Shown here one piece after another: positions 1 to 7,223 of a stretch of DNA of 64,000 nucleotides. The DNA is from a virus: the IMG/VR virus record IMGVR_UViG_3300042453_003986, positions 1-64,000 of that record; one strand, written 5' to 3'. Both the position numbers and the translations under genes were made by a program. Under the pieces are notes generated by a model that did not search any database, was not told the origin of the DNA, and saw nothing but the letters and a program-made list of their open reading frames with translations. Position 1 is the stretch's first letter. Every line of letters begins with the position of its first letter.

Positions 1-11
1 AACTAGTTTTC

Positions 12-38
12 CGAACGCCGATGAAACGTACTTTCGGC
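12..38 (+). repeat. Intergenic structured element, subtype A copy 1 (CG-AAC-GCCGA-TGAAACGTACTT-TCGGC)
   Basis: Identical to 1731-1757 and 2364-2390; GCCGA/TCGGC stem; lies between a TAG (4-6) and AGGAGG (48-53). Confidence 0.9.
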
Positions 39-60
39 ATACATCAAAGGAGGTACTCAT

Positions 61-612
61 ATGGAGTACACAGTAATGGGAATCCGTTCTATGGAGAATC
101 GCAGCCTCAATCGCGACGTGGTTCGCCACGACCGCTTCGAGGCTATGCAGACCGTTCGCGCGTTTCTGCGCGACGGTGTGCCGACGGTACTGGTGCTGAC
201 GTTCGGTGGCCAGCGGCTGGATTACGCGAGCACACCAGACTGGGAGTGCTTGTTCGACCCGGCCCCGCAAGCCGTTGTCGGCGGATGGTTAAGCCGATGG
301 CTACTCGCGTTGACCGACAACGGAGGCGACGTGGTGACGTTGTTGATCGATTTAGATCGGCAAGATCACTTTCGCCAAGTAGTTGGCCTTTTGCTTATGG
401 TCGAGGCGCGGGGACGTGACCGAGAGTCTGTGCCGTATTACTGGCACCCAGACTACGTTCGCAGCAAGCTCGACGACGGCTACCTGCAGACAATGCAAGA
501 TGCCGAAGACATTCACGGCCTCGAGTACCCGCCAGAGTTCGAGGACTGGCTGAATGAGATCTTCAAAGACTACGCCGTCTTCATTGACGGAGTAGCCACC
601 GTCCTCAAGTAG
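61..612 (+). CDS. Hypothetical early protein, 183 aa
   Basis: AGGAGG 7 nt upstream of ATG; protein-like composition. Confidence 0.85.
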   Translation: MEYTVMGIRSMENRSLNRDVVRHDRFEAMQTVRAFLRDGVPTVLVLTFGGQRLDYASTPDWECLFDPAPQAVVGGWLSRWLLALTDNGGDVVTLLIDLDRQDHFRQVVGLLLMVEARGRDRESVPYYWHPDYVRSKLDDGYLQTMQDAEDIHGLEYPPEFEDWLNEIFKDYAVFIDGVATVLK

Positions 613-616
613 GGTA

Positions 617-653
617 TACTGAGCTATGGCAGAGGCAACAGTAACTTTCTGCC
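617..653 (+). repeat. Intergenic structured element, subtype B copy 1 (TACTG-agctat-GGCAGA-GGCAA-CAGTA-ACTT-TCTGCC)
   Basis: Homologous to 3257-3293 and 3499-3535, with compensatory stem changes. Confidence 0.9.
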
Positions 654-675
654 GTTTATTTAAAGGAGGTCAGTT

Positions 676-915
676 ATGGCCAAGCAAGGAATGTGGATGG
701 GGACCTGCCGCTCGTTTGGTGCCGGGGAGCTCCTGCTCTTCGGGTTGCCGGAAGATCCGACAATTGCCGACAAGTTGGACGTTCTCCTCGACGAGGATCC
801 CACTCAGCAGGAGGTAATTGCATTTCTGCAGGAGTGGGGTCTGCCGTACCAGCTGGGTCGCTGGTCGGTGTTGGATCAGCAGTACGTGTTCACCCCCTAC
901 TCCCGCGTAGAGTAG
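676..915 (+). CDS. Hypothetical early protein, 79 aa
   Basis: AAAGGAGGT RBS upstream. Confidence 0.85.
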   Translation: MAKQGMWMGTCRSFGAGELLLFGLPEDPTIADKLDVLLDEDPTQQEVIAFLQEWGLPYQLGRWSVLDQQYVFTPYSRVE

Positions 916-920
916 GTGCA

Positions 921-947
921 GCGGAGCTGGTAACCGTATAACCTAGC
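921..947 (+). repeat. Intergenic structured element, subtype D copy 1 (GCGG-A-GCT-GGTAA-CCGT-ATAACCT-AGC)
   Basis: Homologous to 1453-1479 and 5570-5596. Confidence 0.85.
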
Positions 948-970
948 AGTGTAGTAAGAGGAGGTCTGCT

Positions 971-1447
971 ATGCCCATCACACAAGAACAAATCAAGCAG
1001 CTGTATGAGGCTGCAAAAGGGCCCTGCACGGATCTGGCCGACCGCATCAAATTCGAGCTGGAGCAAAAAGCACTCCAGTTTGAAGGCGCCGAGGATTGGC
1101 GGCACAACTTGCCCGAGGTCTTGGACGTGCTCTTCAAGACTGACGGAGATGGCTCACAAGAGCGCATTGTGGAGTACTTCGGGCTCAGTGAGAACAAGTT
1201 CACACGAGACCTGCAATTCGAACTGGCGTGGGCGCACCTGATCGACCACACCACGACGGTGGTTGCCAAGGACTCCGCTGGTAATGAGCGCGAGTTCCTA
1301 GTGGTACTTGATATTCTTTTTGACGAGAACGACGCGGCTCACCGTCATCACGACGAATATTACAGAGCCACAGGCATCGCCTACTGGGGCGTTCCCAGTG
1401 AGGCAGAGCCCGGGTATGAGCTCGACGAGGTGTATCGCCTCGCGTAG
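971..1447 (+). CDS. Hypothetical acidic early protein, 158 aa
   Basis: GAGGAGGT RBS. Confidence 0.85.
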   Translation: MPITQEQIKQLYEAAKGPCTDLADRIKFELEQKALQFEGAEDWRHNLPEVLDVLFKTDGDGSQERIVEYFGLSENKFTRDLQFELAWAHLIDHTTTVVAKDSAGNEREFLVVLDILFDENDAAHRHHDEYYRATGIAYWGVPSEAEPGYELDEVYRLA

Positions 1448-1452
1448 TCCTT

Positions 1453-1479
1453 TCGGAGCAGGTAACCGATCAACCTTGC
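1453..1479 (+). repeat. Intergenic structured element, subtype D copy 2 (TCGG-A-GCA-GGTAA-CCGA-TCAACCT-TGC)
   Basis: Core GGTAACCGATCAACCT identical to 5578-5593; flanking stem differs (GCA/TGC). Confidence 0.88.
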
Positions 1480-1502
1480 GCTATTGTAACAGGAGGTGTA
1501 TT

Positions 1503-1718
1503 ATGGAATTTGAATGGGAGTTTATATTTCATGACGCAAGTCGGTACGTCACTGAGGTGACTACTGACTTTGCAGAGCATGAAGTTTTTGACGCACACGG
1601 CGAGATTACCGAAAAAGTCGTTGACGAGGTCGCGTCCGCTGCAGCGGACGCTGCTCTACGAAATCACGGCTTCGCTATCAAGTCGTGGGTGGACTTTCGG
1701 ATTAAGGTGATTGCTTAG
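1503..1718 (+). CDS. Small acidic hypothetical protein (MEFEWEF..., 71 aa)
   Basis: Start moved from 1308 to the ATG at 1503 following AGGAGGT. Confidence 0.8.
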   Translation: MEFEWEFIFHDASRYVTEVTTDFAEHEVFDAHGEITEKVVDEVASAAADAALRNHGFAIKSWVDFRIKVIA

Positions 1719-1730
1719 TCAGTGCATAAT

Positions 1731-1757
1731 CGAACGCCGATGAAACGTACTTTCGGC
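1731..1757 (+). repeat. Intergenic structured element, subtype A copy 2
   Basis: Identical to 12-38. Confidence 0.9.
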
Positions 1758-1778
1758 ATGTATCTTAGGAGGTCAGTT

Positions 1779-2354
1779 ATGACCAAGAACACCATTGCCC
1801 CGGAACTCCTGACTCGCATTGCCCGTATTCCCGGGCTGGAGTACCGCTACACCGAGGCGGATGGGCACATGCTCGTCGCCCGCACGCCTAGCGGTTTGGC
1901 AGACCGCGTCGCCATCTTCGGCAACGGTCAGCGGGCTCTGGAGGCGCTGCACATGGCGGTGCAAATTGCCGAGGGTGTGCTGGCCCACATGGGCTACGAG
2001 GACCGCGCCACTGGCCGCATTGACATGCGGCAGCAGGTCGGCGTACGCTGGCCGCTGGCCGAGGTGGAGGCCAGCGGGGCTGACCCAGCCGACTTCAAGT
2101 CGGCCTTGACCGAATACGGAAATAATTGGTTGCGGTACGAGCGGGAGGAAACTCCTCTTCGTCCGCAGGATGAAGGGCGCATCTACAGCCGCCGTATCCG
2201 TTGGAACGATGGCCTCGAAGAGACGGTGTTGTTCTGTCGCGAGCACGGTGTTCGCGATGGTGACGGTGATGTCTTCTATTATGGCCTGCCACCCGAGGAA
2301 GCTGTAATTGGCGTAGGCAGCCTCGAAGGGGGCTGGCAGATTATCGGGTACTAG
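1779..2354 (+). CDS. Hypothetical early protein (MTKNTIAPE..., 191 aa)
   Basis: Start moved to the ATG at 1779 following AGGAGGT. Confidence 0.85.
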   Translation: MTKNTIAPELLTRIARIPGLEYRYTEADGHMLVARTPSGLADRVAIFGNGQRALEALHMAVQIAEGVLAHMGYEDRATGRIDMRQQVGVRWPLAEVEASGADPADFKSALTEYGNNWLRYEREETPLRPQDEGRIYSRRIRWNDGLEETVLFCREHGVRDGDGDVFYYGLPPEEAVIGVGSLEGGWQIIGY

Positions 2355-2363
2355 GTGAAGTTT

Positions 2364-2390
2364 CGAACGCCGATGAAACGTACTTTCGGC
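2364..2390 (+). repeat. Intergenic structured element, subtype A copy 3
   Basis: Identical to 12-38. Confidence 0.9.
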
Positions 2391-2412
2391 AACTATGTAA
2401 AGGAGGTCTATC

Positions 2413-3252
2413 ATGACCAAGCAGAAAATCACCCCCGGACAGATGCTGGTTGAGAAACTCGTAGCTGCCATTGAGCAGGGCCAAGCTACGGGCAAGTGGA
2501 TCCGCCCGTGGCGGGCAGGCTCATCCAACAACCCAGTCACCGGGCGGTCGTACAGCGGCGGCAACGCCTTGTACCTTGCGATGTATCGGGCATTTGCGGA
2601 AGTCGAACACACCGAGTGGTATGCCACACTCAAGCAGTGGAATAGTGTGGGCGCCAAAGTGCGCTCAGGGGAGAAGGGCCTAACACTGACCGGGTATCCC
2701 AAAGCGGTGGAGAAGAAAGACGCTGACGGTAACGTCTTGTCTAGCTACACTCATTGGGGGTCGTTTACTGTGTTCAATTCCTCACAAGTCGAGGGATGGA
2801 CTCCGCCGGAGTTGACCACGGTGGCAACCGAGCAGGACGTGCGGGACCGATTTCAGGCGATCATTGACCGCCACGGTATCGTGGTCAATACCGGCACGGC
2901 GGCATACTACATGCCCACCACGGACGAGCTCACTATGCCGCCAATAGCTAGCTTCCCAGTCGAGGACAACTACTGGTCAGTGCTGGCTCACGAGGCCATC
3001 CACTGGACTGGCCATCCAAGCCGGCTCGACCGGATTAAGATCGGCAGCCACACAGGCGACGCTTACGCATTTGAGGAGCTTGTAGCAGAGCTCGGCAGCG
3101 TGTTCGTGTCGGCGGAGTTTGGCGTCGTGCCGGAGTCTGACGCCAATATCTTGGCCTACTTGGGTTCGTGGCATCGGCAGATCAAGAAGGACAAAGACTG
3201 CGTCCGCAAGGCCGCAGCTGCAGCTGCCGCGGCTGCTAACTTCTTGAAGTAG
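2413..3252 (+). CDS. ardC: ArdC-like antirestriction protein (ssDNA-binding N-domain plus zincin-like domain)
   Basis: W.RPW, NPVTGRSYSGGN, TLKQW...G.KV..GEKG, FTVFN..Q, HEAIHWTGHPSRL and YAFEELVAELGS motifs typical of ArdC/DUF1738. Confidence 0.9.
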   Translation: MTKQKITPGQMLVEKLVAAIEQGQATGKWIRPWRAGSSNNPVTGRSYSGGNALYLAMYRAFAEVEHTEWYATLKQWNSVGAKVRSGEKGLTLTGYPKAVEKKDADGNVLSSYTHWGSFTVFNSSQVEGWTPPELTTVATEQDVRDRFQAIIDRHGIVVNTGTAAYYMPTTDELTMPPIASFPVEDNYWSVLAHEAIHWTGHPSRLDRIKIGSHTGDAYAFEELVAELGSVFVSAEFGVVPESDANILAYLGSWHRQIKKDKDCVRKAAAAAAAAANFLK

Positions 3253-3256
3253 GCTA

Positions 3257-3293
3257 TACTGAATTATAGCAGATGTAACAGTAACTTTCTGCT
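3257..3293 (+). repeat. Intergenic structured element, subtype B copy 2 (TACTG-aattat-AGCAGA-TGTAA-CAGTA-ACTT-TCTGCT)
   Basis: G-C to A-T compensatory change relative to copy 1. Confidence 0.9.
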
Positions 3294-3314
3294 GCTTACC
3301 TACAGGAGGTCGCT

Positions 3315-3494
3315 ATGACCCGTGTCCACCTTGAGCTCATGTACGGTGACTACACCATTTACGTCACTGTATTGGTTGAGCACAGTGCTGACCAATTCGT
3401 GCTCAAAGAGCGCGCGCTGGAAAAGTATCTACGCGTCTCTGGGGCCGATGCTCCCGAGAAGGCGTGGGTGACGGACTACGAAGAGAACGTCTAG
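3315..3494 (+). CDS. Small hypothetical protein, 59 aa (MTRVHLELMYG...), absent from the ORF track
   Basis: AGGAGGT RBS, ATG at 3315, TAG at 3492-3494; fills the gap between two elements. Confidence 0.8.
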   Translation: MTRVHLELMYGDYTIYVTVLVEHSADQFVLKERALEKYLRVSGADAPEKAWVTDYEENV

Positions 3495-3498
3495 TTTC

Positions 3499-3535
3499 TG
3501 CTGAGGTAGGGCGGAGGCAACAGTAACTTTCCGCC
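3499..3535 (+). repeat. Intergenic structured element, subtype B copy 3 (TGCTG-aggtag-GGCGGA-GGCAA-CAGTA-ACTT-TCCGCC)
   Basis: A-T to G-C compensatory change in stem 2; G.U wobble in stem 1. Confidence 0.9.
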
Positions 3536-3557
3536 ACTTATTTAGAGGAGGTCTACT

Positions 3558-3956
3558 ATGACCTATTTCGAAGTGACTGCCCATTGGGGCGCAATGAAGA
3601 TCAGCCTCAAGGTCGAGGCTACTGGCCAAGCAGCGGCAATTCAGAAATTCGTAGACCGGTTGCCCGGTCTGGGCATTAGCTACAACGCTTTGCCCGAGCG
3701 TCTAGACGTTGTCGAGTGCGACTACCCCGAAGGCGAGTATGACACGGTCTACGTGCCTTTCGCAGTAGACGCTCTGCAGGAGCACTACGGCCTGTACCTG
3801 TGCGTTGTAGACCGCGAAAATACGGAGATCAACACCGGCCGCACGTTTACGCTCGAGGAGTGGAATCGAGCCCGCAAGTGGCTGGCCGATGACGGTGAAG
3901 GCATGAACGAGGCTGAGTTCGTGCAGTACGCACTAAAGGATTTCCCCAATGAGTAA
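3558..3956 (+). CDS. Hypothetical acidic protein, 132 aa
   Basis: GAGGAGGT RBS. Confidence 0.85.
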   Translation: MTYFEVTAHWGAMKISLKVEATGQAAAIQKFVDRLPGLGISYNALPERLDVVECDYPEGEYDTVYVPFAVDALQEHYGLYLCVVDRENTEINTGRTFTLEEWNRARKWLADDGEGMNEAEFVQYALKDFPNE

Positions 3957-4290
3957 CGAAGAACACGGGCCACGTGGTACAACGTACCGGGTGGTTACTT
4001 ACAGCCGACCAGACATGCCGACTAGCACGCAGTACTCCTTGGAGGCTGCGTGCGAAGTTGTGCTGAATAAGGTCTTGCCTGTACCCGTCTCGTCGTTCAC
4101 TATTGCAGTGGTACACGACGACTGGAAGCCGTACCAGTTGGGCAAGCACCGTCCGACATGGATTGCCCGCCTTGACTACGAAGCAGCTGGGCAGCAAGGC
4201 AGCTTGACTGTCGACGTTAGCGAAGGCATAGAACGGCTATGGCTGTACTTGCTGGAGAAAGACCGAGAGTACCTTCACCTGTACAGGTAG
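3949..4290 (+). CDS. Hypothetical protein, 113 aa
   Basis: Overlaps the upstream stop by 8 nt; AAGGA upstream; the only early gene here without an element. Confidence 0.75.
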   Translation: MSNEEHGPRGTTYRVVTYSRPDMPTSTQYSLEAACEVVLNKVLPVPVSSFTIAVVHDDWKPYQLGKHRPTWIARLDYEAAGQQGSLTVDVSEGIERLWLYLLEKDREYLHLYR

Positions 4291-4295
4291 ACAAT

Positions 4296-4322
4296 CGAGC
4301 GCAAGGGTAACGTACTTCTTGC
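4296..4322 (+). repeat. Intergenic structured element, subtype A variant (CG-AGC-GCAAG-GGTAACGTACTT-CTTGC)
   Basis: Same loop as subtype A with a different perfect 5-bp stem. Confidence 0.88.
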
Positions 4323-4344
4323 AACAACAGCGCTAGGAGGGCGC

Positions 4345-4680
4345 ATGCCGAATTACTTCACGTATGTCCTCACCATGTTCTACATGCGTGCAGGCTGGCA
4401 CGAGGGCAACTACTACTCTAGCTGGAGTAGCGGCTGCCTTCAGCTGCTACGTGTACGGGCGACGCGGTACCCGTATGCGGTGATTTACCATCGACCGCTT
4501 GATCACCCACGCCTTGCTCTCGAGGCGTGGCGTGACGGTCGGCGCATCTGGCAGGATCGGCTGTACTATGTGACGCTGCAGCGTCACACTGCGTACCTGC
4601 AGACGCTGGCCGACAAAGACAAGTATCCGTGGCATCCTGACGCAATCAGCGACCGGCTGCCAGATGGTTACACTGAGTAA
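4345..4680 (+). CDS. Hypothetical protein, 111 aa
   Basis: AGGAGG RBS. Confidence 0.75.
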   Translation: MPNYFTYVLTMFYMRAGWHEGNYYSSWSSGCLQLLRVRATRYPYAVIYHRPLDHPRLALEAWRDGRRIWQDRLYYVTLQRHTAYLQTLADKDKYPWHPDAISDRLPDGYTE

Positions 4681-4686
4681 GTCCGC

Positions 4687-4714
4687 ACGAGCACCAAGGC
4701 AACGTACTTTTGGT
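4687..4714 (+). repeat. Intergenic structured element, subtype A variant (ACG-AGC-ACCAA-GGCAACGTACTT-TTGGT)
   Basis: Same loop with a third stem sequence, ACCAA/TTGGT. Confidence 0.88.
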
Positions 4715-4736
4715 AATTATACACAGGAGGTCAGCT

Positions 4737-5564
4737 ATGACCAAGAACCGCAACAGCGCCGGACGCGCACCGATCAAGTTTGTGGAGAACACCGGCAACA
4801 CTAAGCTGGTAGGCACAAAGCCCGTTCAGTACACGGCGGCTACTACGTACAGCTGGGTAGGCCCTACCTGCCCGACCAGCTGCTGGTTCCACCCCGAGTC
4901 GGTTCATCGGTCTCGCTGGCCGGAGGGGTTCAGGGCCTGCTATGCCACAAAAGGACACACGGCATTTCAAACAAATGCCAATGTGTTTGCAGAGTCAGAG
5001 TACGACGCGAGTGGGTTAGCAGTGGTACGGGCTCGCATCGAAGGAATGATTCTCAAGCACCGTGCGCAAGACATAGTAGTCGACGTGTTTCGCTGGCACA
5101 CCGGCGGTGACATTCTCGTGCCAAACGAAGACCGCGTGTGGGACGCGCACGTAGACTTAATCCTCTGGGCCGCCGAAGAATGCCGCATCAACGGTATCCC
5201 GTTTATCGGATATACTGCCGCGTGGCGGTATCCCGGTGCTGAGCGGCTTAAGGACGTGTTCCTCGCCTCCGTGCAGGACGAAGAGTCCGCCGTTGAGGCT
5301 TTGAACGCTGGCTGGACAGTTGCATACGGCGTTCTTAAAGAGGACGCCGAGGCCGCTGTTGAGTGGTTGCGCGTGCGCGGACACAAAGCGACCATGTGCC
5401 CAGAGTTGGCGGGCAAGGTTAAGTCATGCGCTGAATGTGGCTTGTGTGCTGCGCTCGATACTGAGCGTATGCACCAGCACAAATTGGCTCGGTACATGCT
5501 CTACCGCCGCAAGAGCAAGTCAGTTGCGCCCGAAGTTATGATTGTGTTCCCGATTCATAACTAG
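4737..5564 (+). CDS. Gp88-like Cys-rich phage protein
   Basis: GNTKL, TCPTSC, CYA, FRWHTGGD, GYT, LASV, CPE and CAECGLC motifs; start moved to 4737 following AGGAGGT. Confidence 0.7.
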   Translation: MTKNRNSAGRAPIKFVENTGNTKLVGTKPVQYTAATTYSWVGPTCPTSCWFHPESVHRSRWPEGFRACYATKGHTAFQTNANVFAESEYDASGLAVVRARIEGMILKHRAQDIVVDVFRWHTGGDILVPNEDRVWDAHVDLILWAAEECRINGIPFIGYTAAWRYPGAERLKDVFLASVQDEESAVEALNAGWTVAYGVLKEDAEAAVEWLRVRGHKATMCPELAGKVKSCAECGLCAALDTERMHQHKLARYMLYRRKSKSVAPEVMIVFPIHN

Positions 5565-5569
5565 TTCAC

Positions 5570-5596
5570 TCGGAGTAGGTAACCGATCAACCTTAC
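5570..5596 (+). repeat. Intergenic structured element, subtype D copy 3 (TCGG-A-GTA-GGTAA-CCGA-TCAACCT-TAC)
   Basis: Compensatory stem GTA/TAC. Confidence 0.88.
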
Positions 5597-5620
5597 ACGT
5601 TTACTAAGGAGACAACCACT

Positions 5621-6367
5621 ATGGACAAGCAGCAATTTATCGACATCTACCTGCCCGCTTTTGTCACGTACTGTGAGGAATGGGCAGACTTCGAGCAGGA
5701 GGACACGGAGCCCGCAGAGGAGTTCGCAAAGACGATTGTCGAGCACGCCGCTAACGACGAGGCGTTGCGTCTTGCGTGCGAGGTTGCCGCGGACACTCTT
5801 CGCAGACGTGGCAATGAGGAGTACCACGCGGTGGCTTTGCTACAGGTAATGCACCCGCTGCGCAGCACGTACTTCAAGTTGGTGCACAAGCCGAACATCG
5901 ATTGCGACACGGTGGAGAAGCATCGACTTATTGGCCGCTTGTTCAAAGCAGGCATGGAACTGTGGCTCGCCAACTACAGCGAGGATACCGTCCCGTGGTA
6001 CTTCACCACCGTCACTGCAGAAGAGGTCGATTTCTACGACATCCCAGTCATGGGGCCGTACGGGATTGATGACCTTGCCAAGGGCATTCCGGCCAAGGCA
6101 GTACAAGTCTTGAAAGAGATGGTGGCTGACGGCGTGCGTTTGTACGGCGGTGACCGCCGCTCAGGCGTGTGCTGGTACGAGCTGCAAGAGCTTGTAGAGC
6201 ACGGCAACTTGATCAAGGAGCTCAAAGACGGCATCGAAGGCTTAATCTACGACCTGACGCAAGTCACAGAGGCCGAGAGTCCAGCCCGGGAGCTGGCCGA
6301 TATGCTGGATTGGTGGCACACGTTGTTTGTGTACGACAATCCACACTTCGACAGCTACGCTCAGTAG
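5621..6367 (+). CDS. Hypothetical acidic protein, 248 aa
   Basis: TAAGGAG RBS; last gene before the terminator. Confidence 0.85.
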   Translation: MDKQQFIDIYLPAFVTYCEEWADFEQEDTEPAEEFAKTIVEHAANDEALRLACEVAADTLRRRGNEEYHAVALLQVMHPLRSTYFKLVHKPNIDCDTVEKHRLIGRLFKAGMELWLANYSEDTVPWYFTTVTAEEVDFYDIPVMGPYGIDDLAKGIPAKAVQVLKEMVADGVRLYGGDRRSGVCWYELQELVEHGNLIKELKDGIEGLIYDLTQVTEAESPARELADMLDWWHTLFVYDNPHFDSYAQ

Positions 6368-6379
6368 TCCCTAACCGCT

Positions 6380-6422
6380 AACCCTACAGTTGGGCCACGT
6401 GCTCAGCTGTAGGGTTTTTTTA
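6380..6422 (+). terminator. Intrinsic terminator closing the early array
   Basis: AACCCTACAG...CTGTAGGGTT stem followed by a T run. Confidence 0.9.
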
Positions 6423-6888
6423 TTTGCGCGCTCGCTTGATTGCCCTCATTACGCGCAATCAAATGTTGCTTTGAGCCCTCATTATTTTGATGAGTTGGCC
6501 TCTACGCCCTCGTCGACCGCTGGGTAACCCTTTACAATAGGCCAGCATATTATGGCATAGAGATGCGGTGGGGAGGGGGTCCGGGGGAACCAAGCGTTAA
6601 TTGTGAAAATTCGCGCGAATGGTCGACATAAATTGGCCAAAGCAACATTATTACCTCAAATGTTGCATTCATCATCATCCCTTTTCGCGCGGTTTGCACC
6701 CCGATCGAGGCCATTTTTGCGGGGGCGTAGAACGTTATGTCAACTATCGAGGGGGTTTGGCCACAAAACAGGGCTATACCGTGAAGTTTTTGCAAGTTTG
6801 AGGATCTCTGCGACGCTATCATATGCTCATCCTTCGCTCTATGGCCATACGTTATGGTAAGTACGATATGTTTAGCAGTGGCGAGGGA

Positions 6889-6930
6889 GTAAAGAGAAGG
6901 GGAGAGCCCGGGTGAGTGGCCCTCCCTTCT
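6889..6930 (-). terminator. Possible terminator hairpin at the end of the leftward transcript
   Basis: Imperfect AGAAGGGGAG...CTCCCTTCT stem just past the stop at 6950; short T tract. Confidence 0.45.
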
Positions 6931-6949
6931 GCGCTTCCCTTTTCTCTGC

Positions 6950-7219
6950 TTACTCCACCGTTGAAACGATCCGATAGAGATTTCCCTGTTCGATAGCCCA
7001 TTGTACATGAATGGAATATCCATCGACACCGTTGCGATGAAGTTCGTTCAAGGCTTCTACTGCGATGTCTGCAAAGTAGCTGCCAGTGTCCGTCAGGAAG
7101 TCGTCATCTTCGATACCGAGTGAGTATCCATCTGGAAGAAGGGGAAGCAAGGCGAGCATCATCTGCTTAATCCATGCCTCTCGAGGAAGATCGGCCCCAA
7201 ATACAATGAGAGTTTTCAT
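6950..7219 (-). CDS. Hypothetical protein, 89 aa
   Basis: Closely packed in the leftward operon. Confidence 0.7.
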   Translation of the reverse strand: MKTLIVFGADLPREAWIKQMMLALLPLLPDGYSLGIEDDDFLTDTGSYFADIAVEALNELHRNGVDGYSIHVQWAIEQGNLYRIVSTVE

Positions 7220-7223
7220 AGTA

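Noticed and set aside
610-971. TAG plus pseudoknot as a stop read-through signal making fusion proteins
   Set aside because: After 612 the frame meets TAA at 661-663, and the 915-971 gap is out of frame
12-5596. Early repeats as a CRISPR array or CRISPR-repeat mimics
   Set aside because: Units are separated by whole genes, stems differ between copies, GAAAC lies in the loop rather than at the 3' end, and no cas operon is present; the Cas4-like gene sits in the replication module
12-5596. Early repeats as sigma70 or ECF promoters (TGAAAC/GGCAAC as -35; TATACT at 615 and 3255 as -10)
   Set aside because: No conserved -10 at 16-17 nt, the AAC motif is only about 20 nt from the SD, no -35 accompanies TATACT, and promoters would not explain paired covariation; not fully excluded without TSS data
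12-5596. Match to hammerhead, HDV-like, twister or pistol ribozymes, SAM-II riboswitch or integron attC sites
   Set aside because: Catalytic cores (CUGAUGA/GAAA, P3/L3 and others) are absent; the TAACCGTAT resemblance to SAM-II is limited to one copy; no RYYYAAC/GTTRRRY ends and no tyrosine integrase
6518-6546. GCTGG-GTAACCC...-CCAGC as a twelfth element
   Set aside because: Has GGTAAC and a stem but lacks the CYT motif and a following SD or gene
6550-7029. 159-aa minus-strand ORF and overlapping short ORFs at 6603-6860
   Set aside because: No RBS, overlaps the better gene at 6950-7219 and the terminator-like hairpin, composition not protein-like
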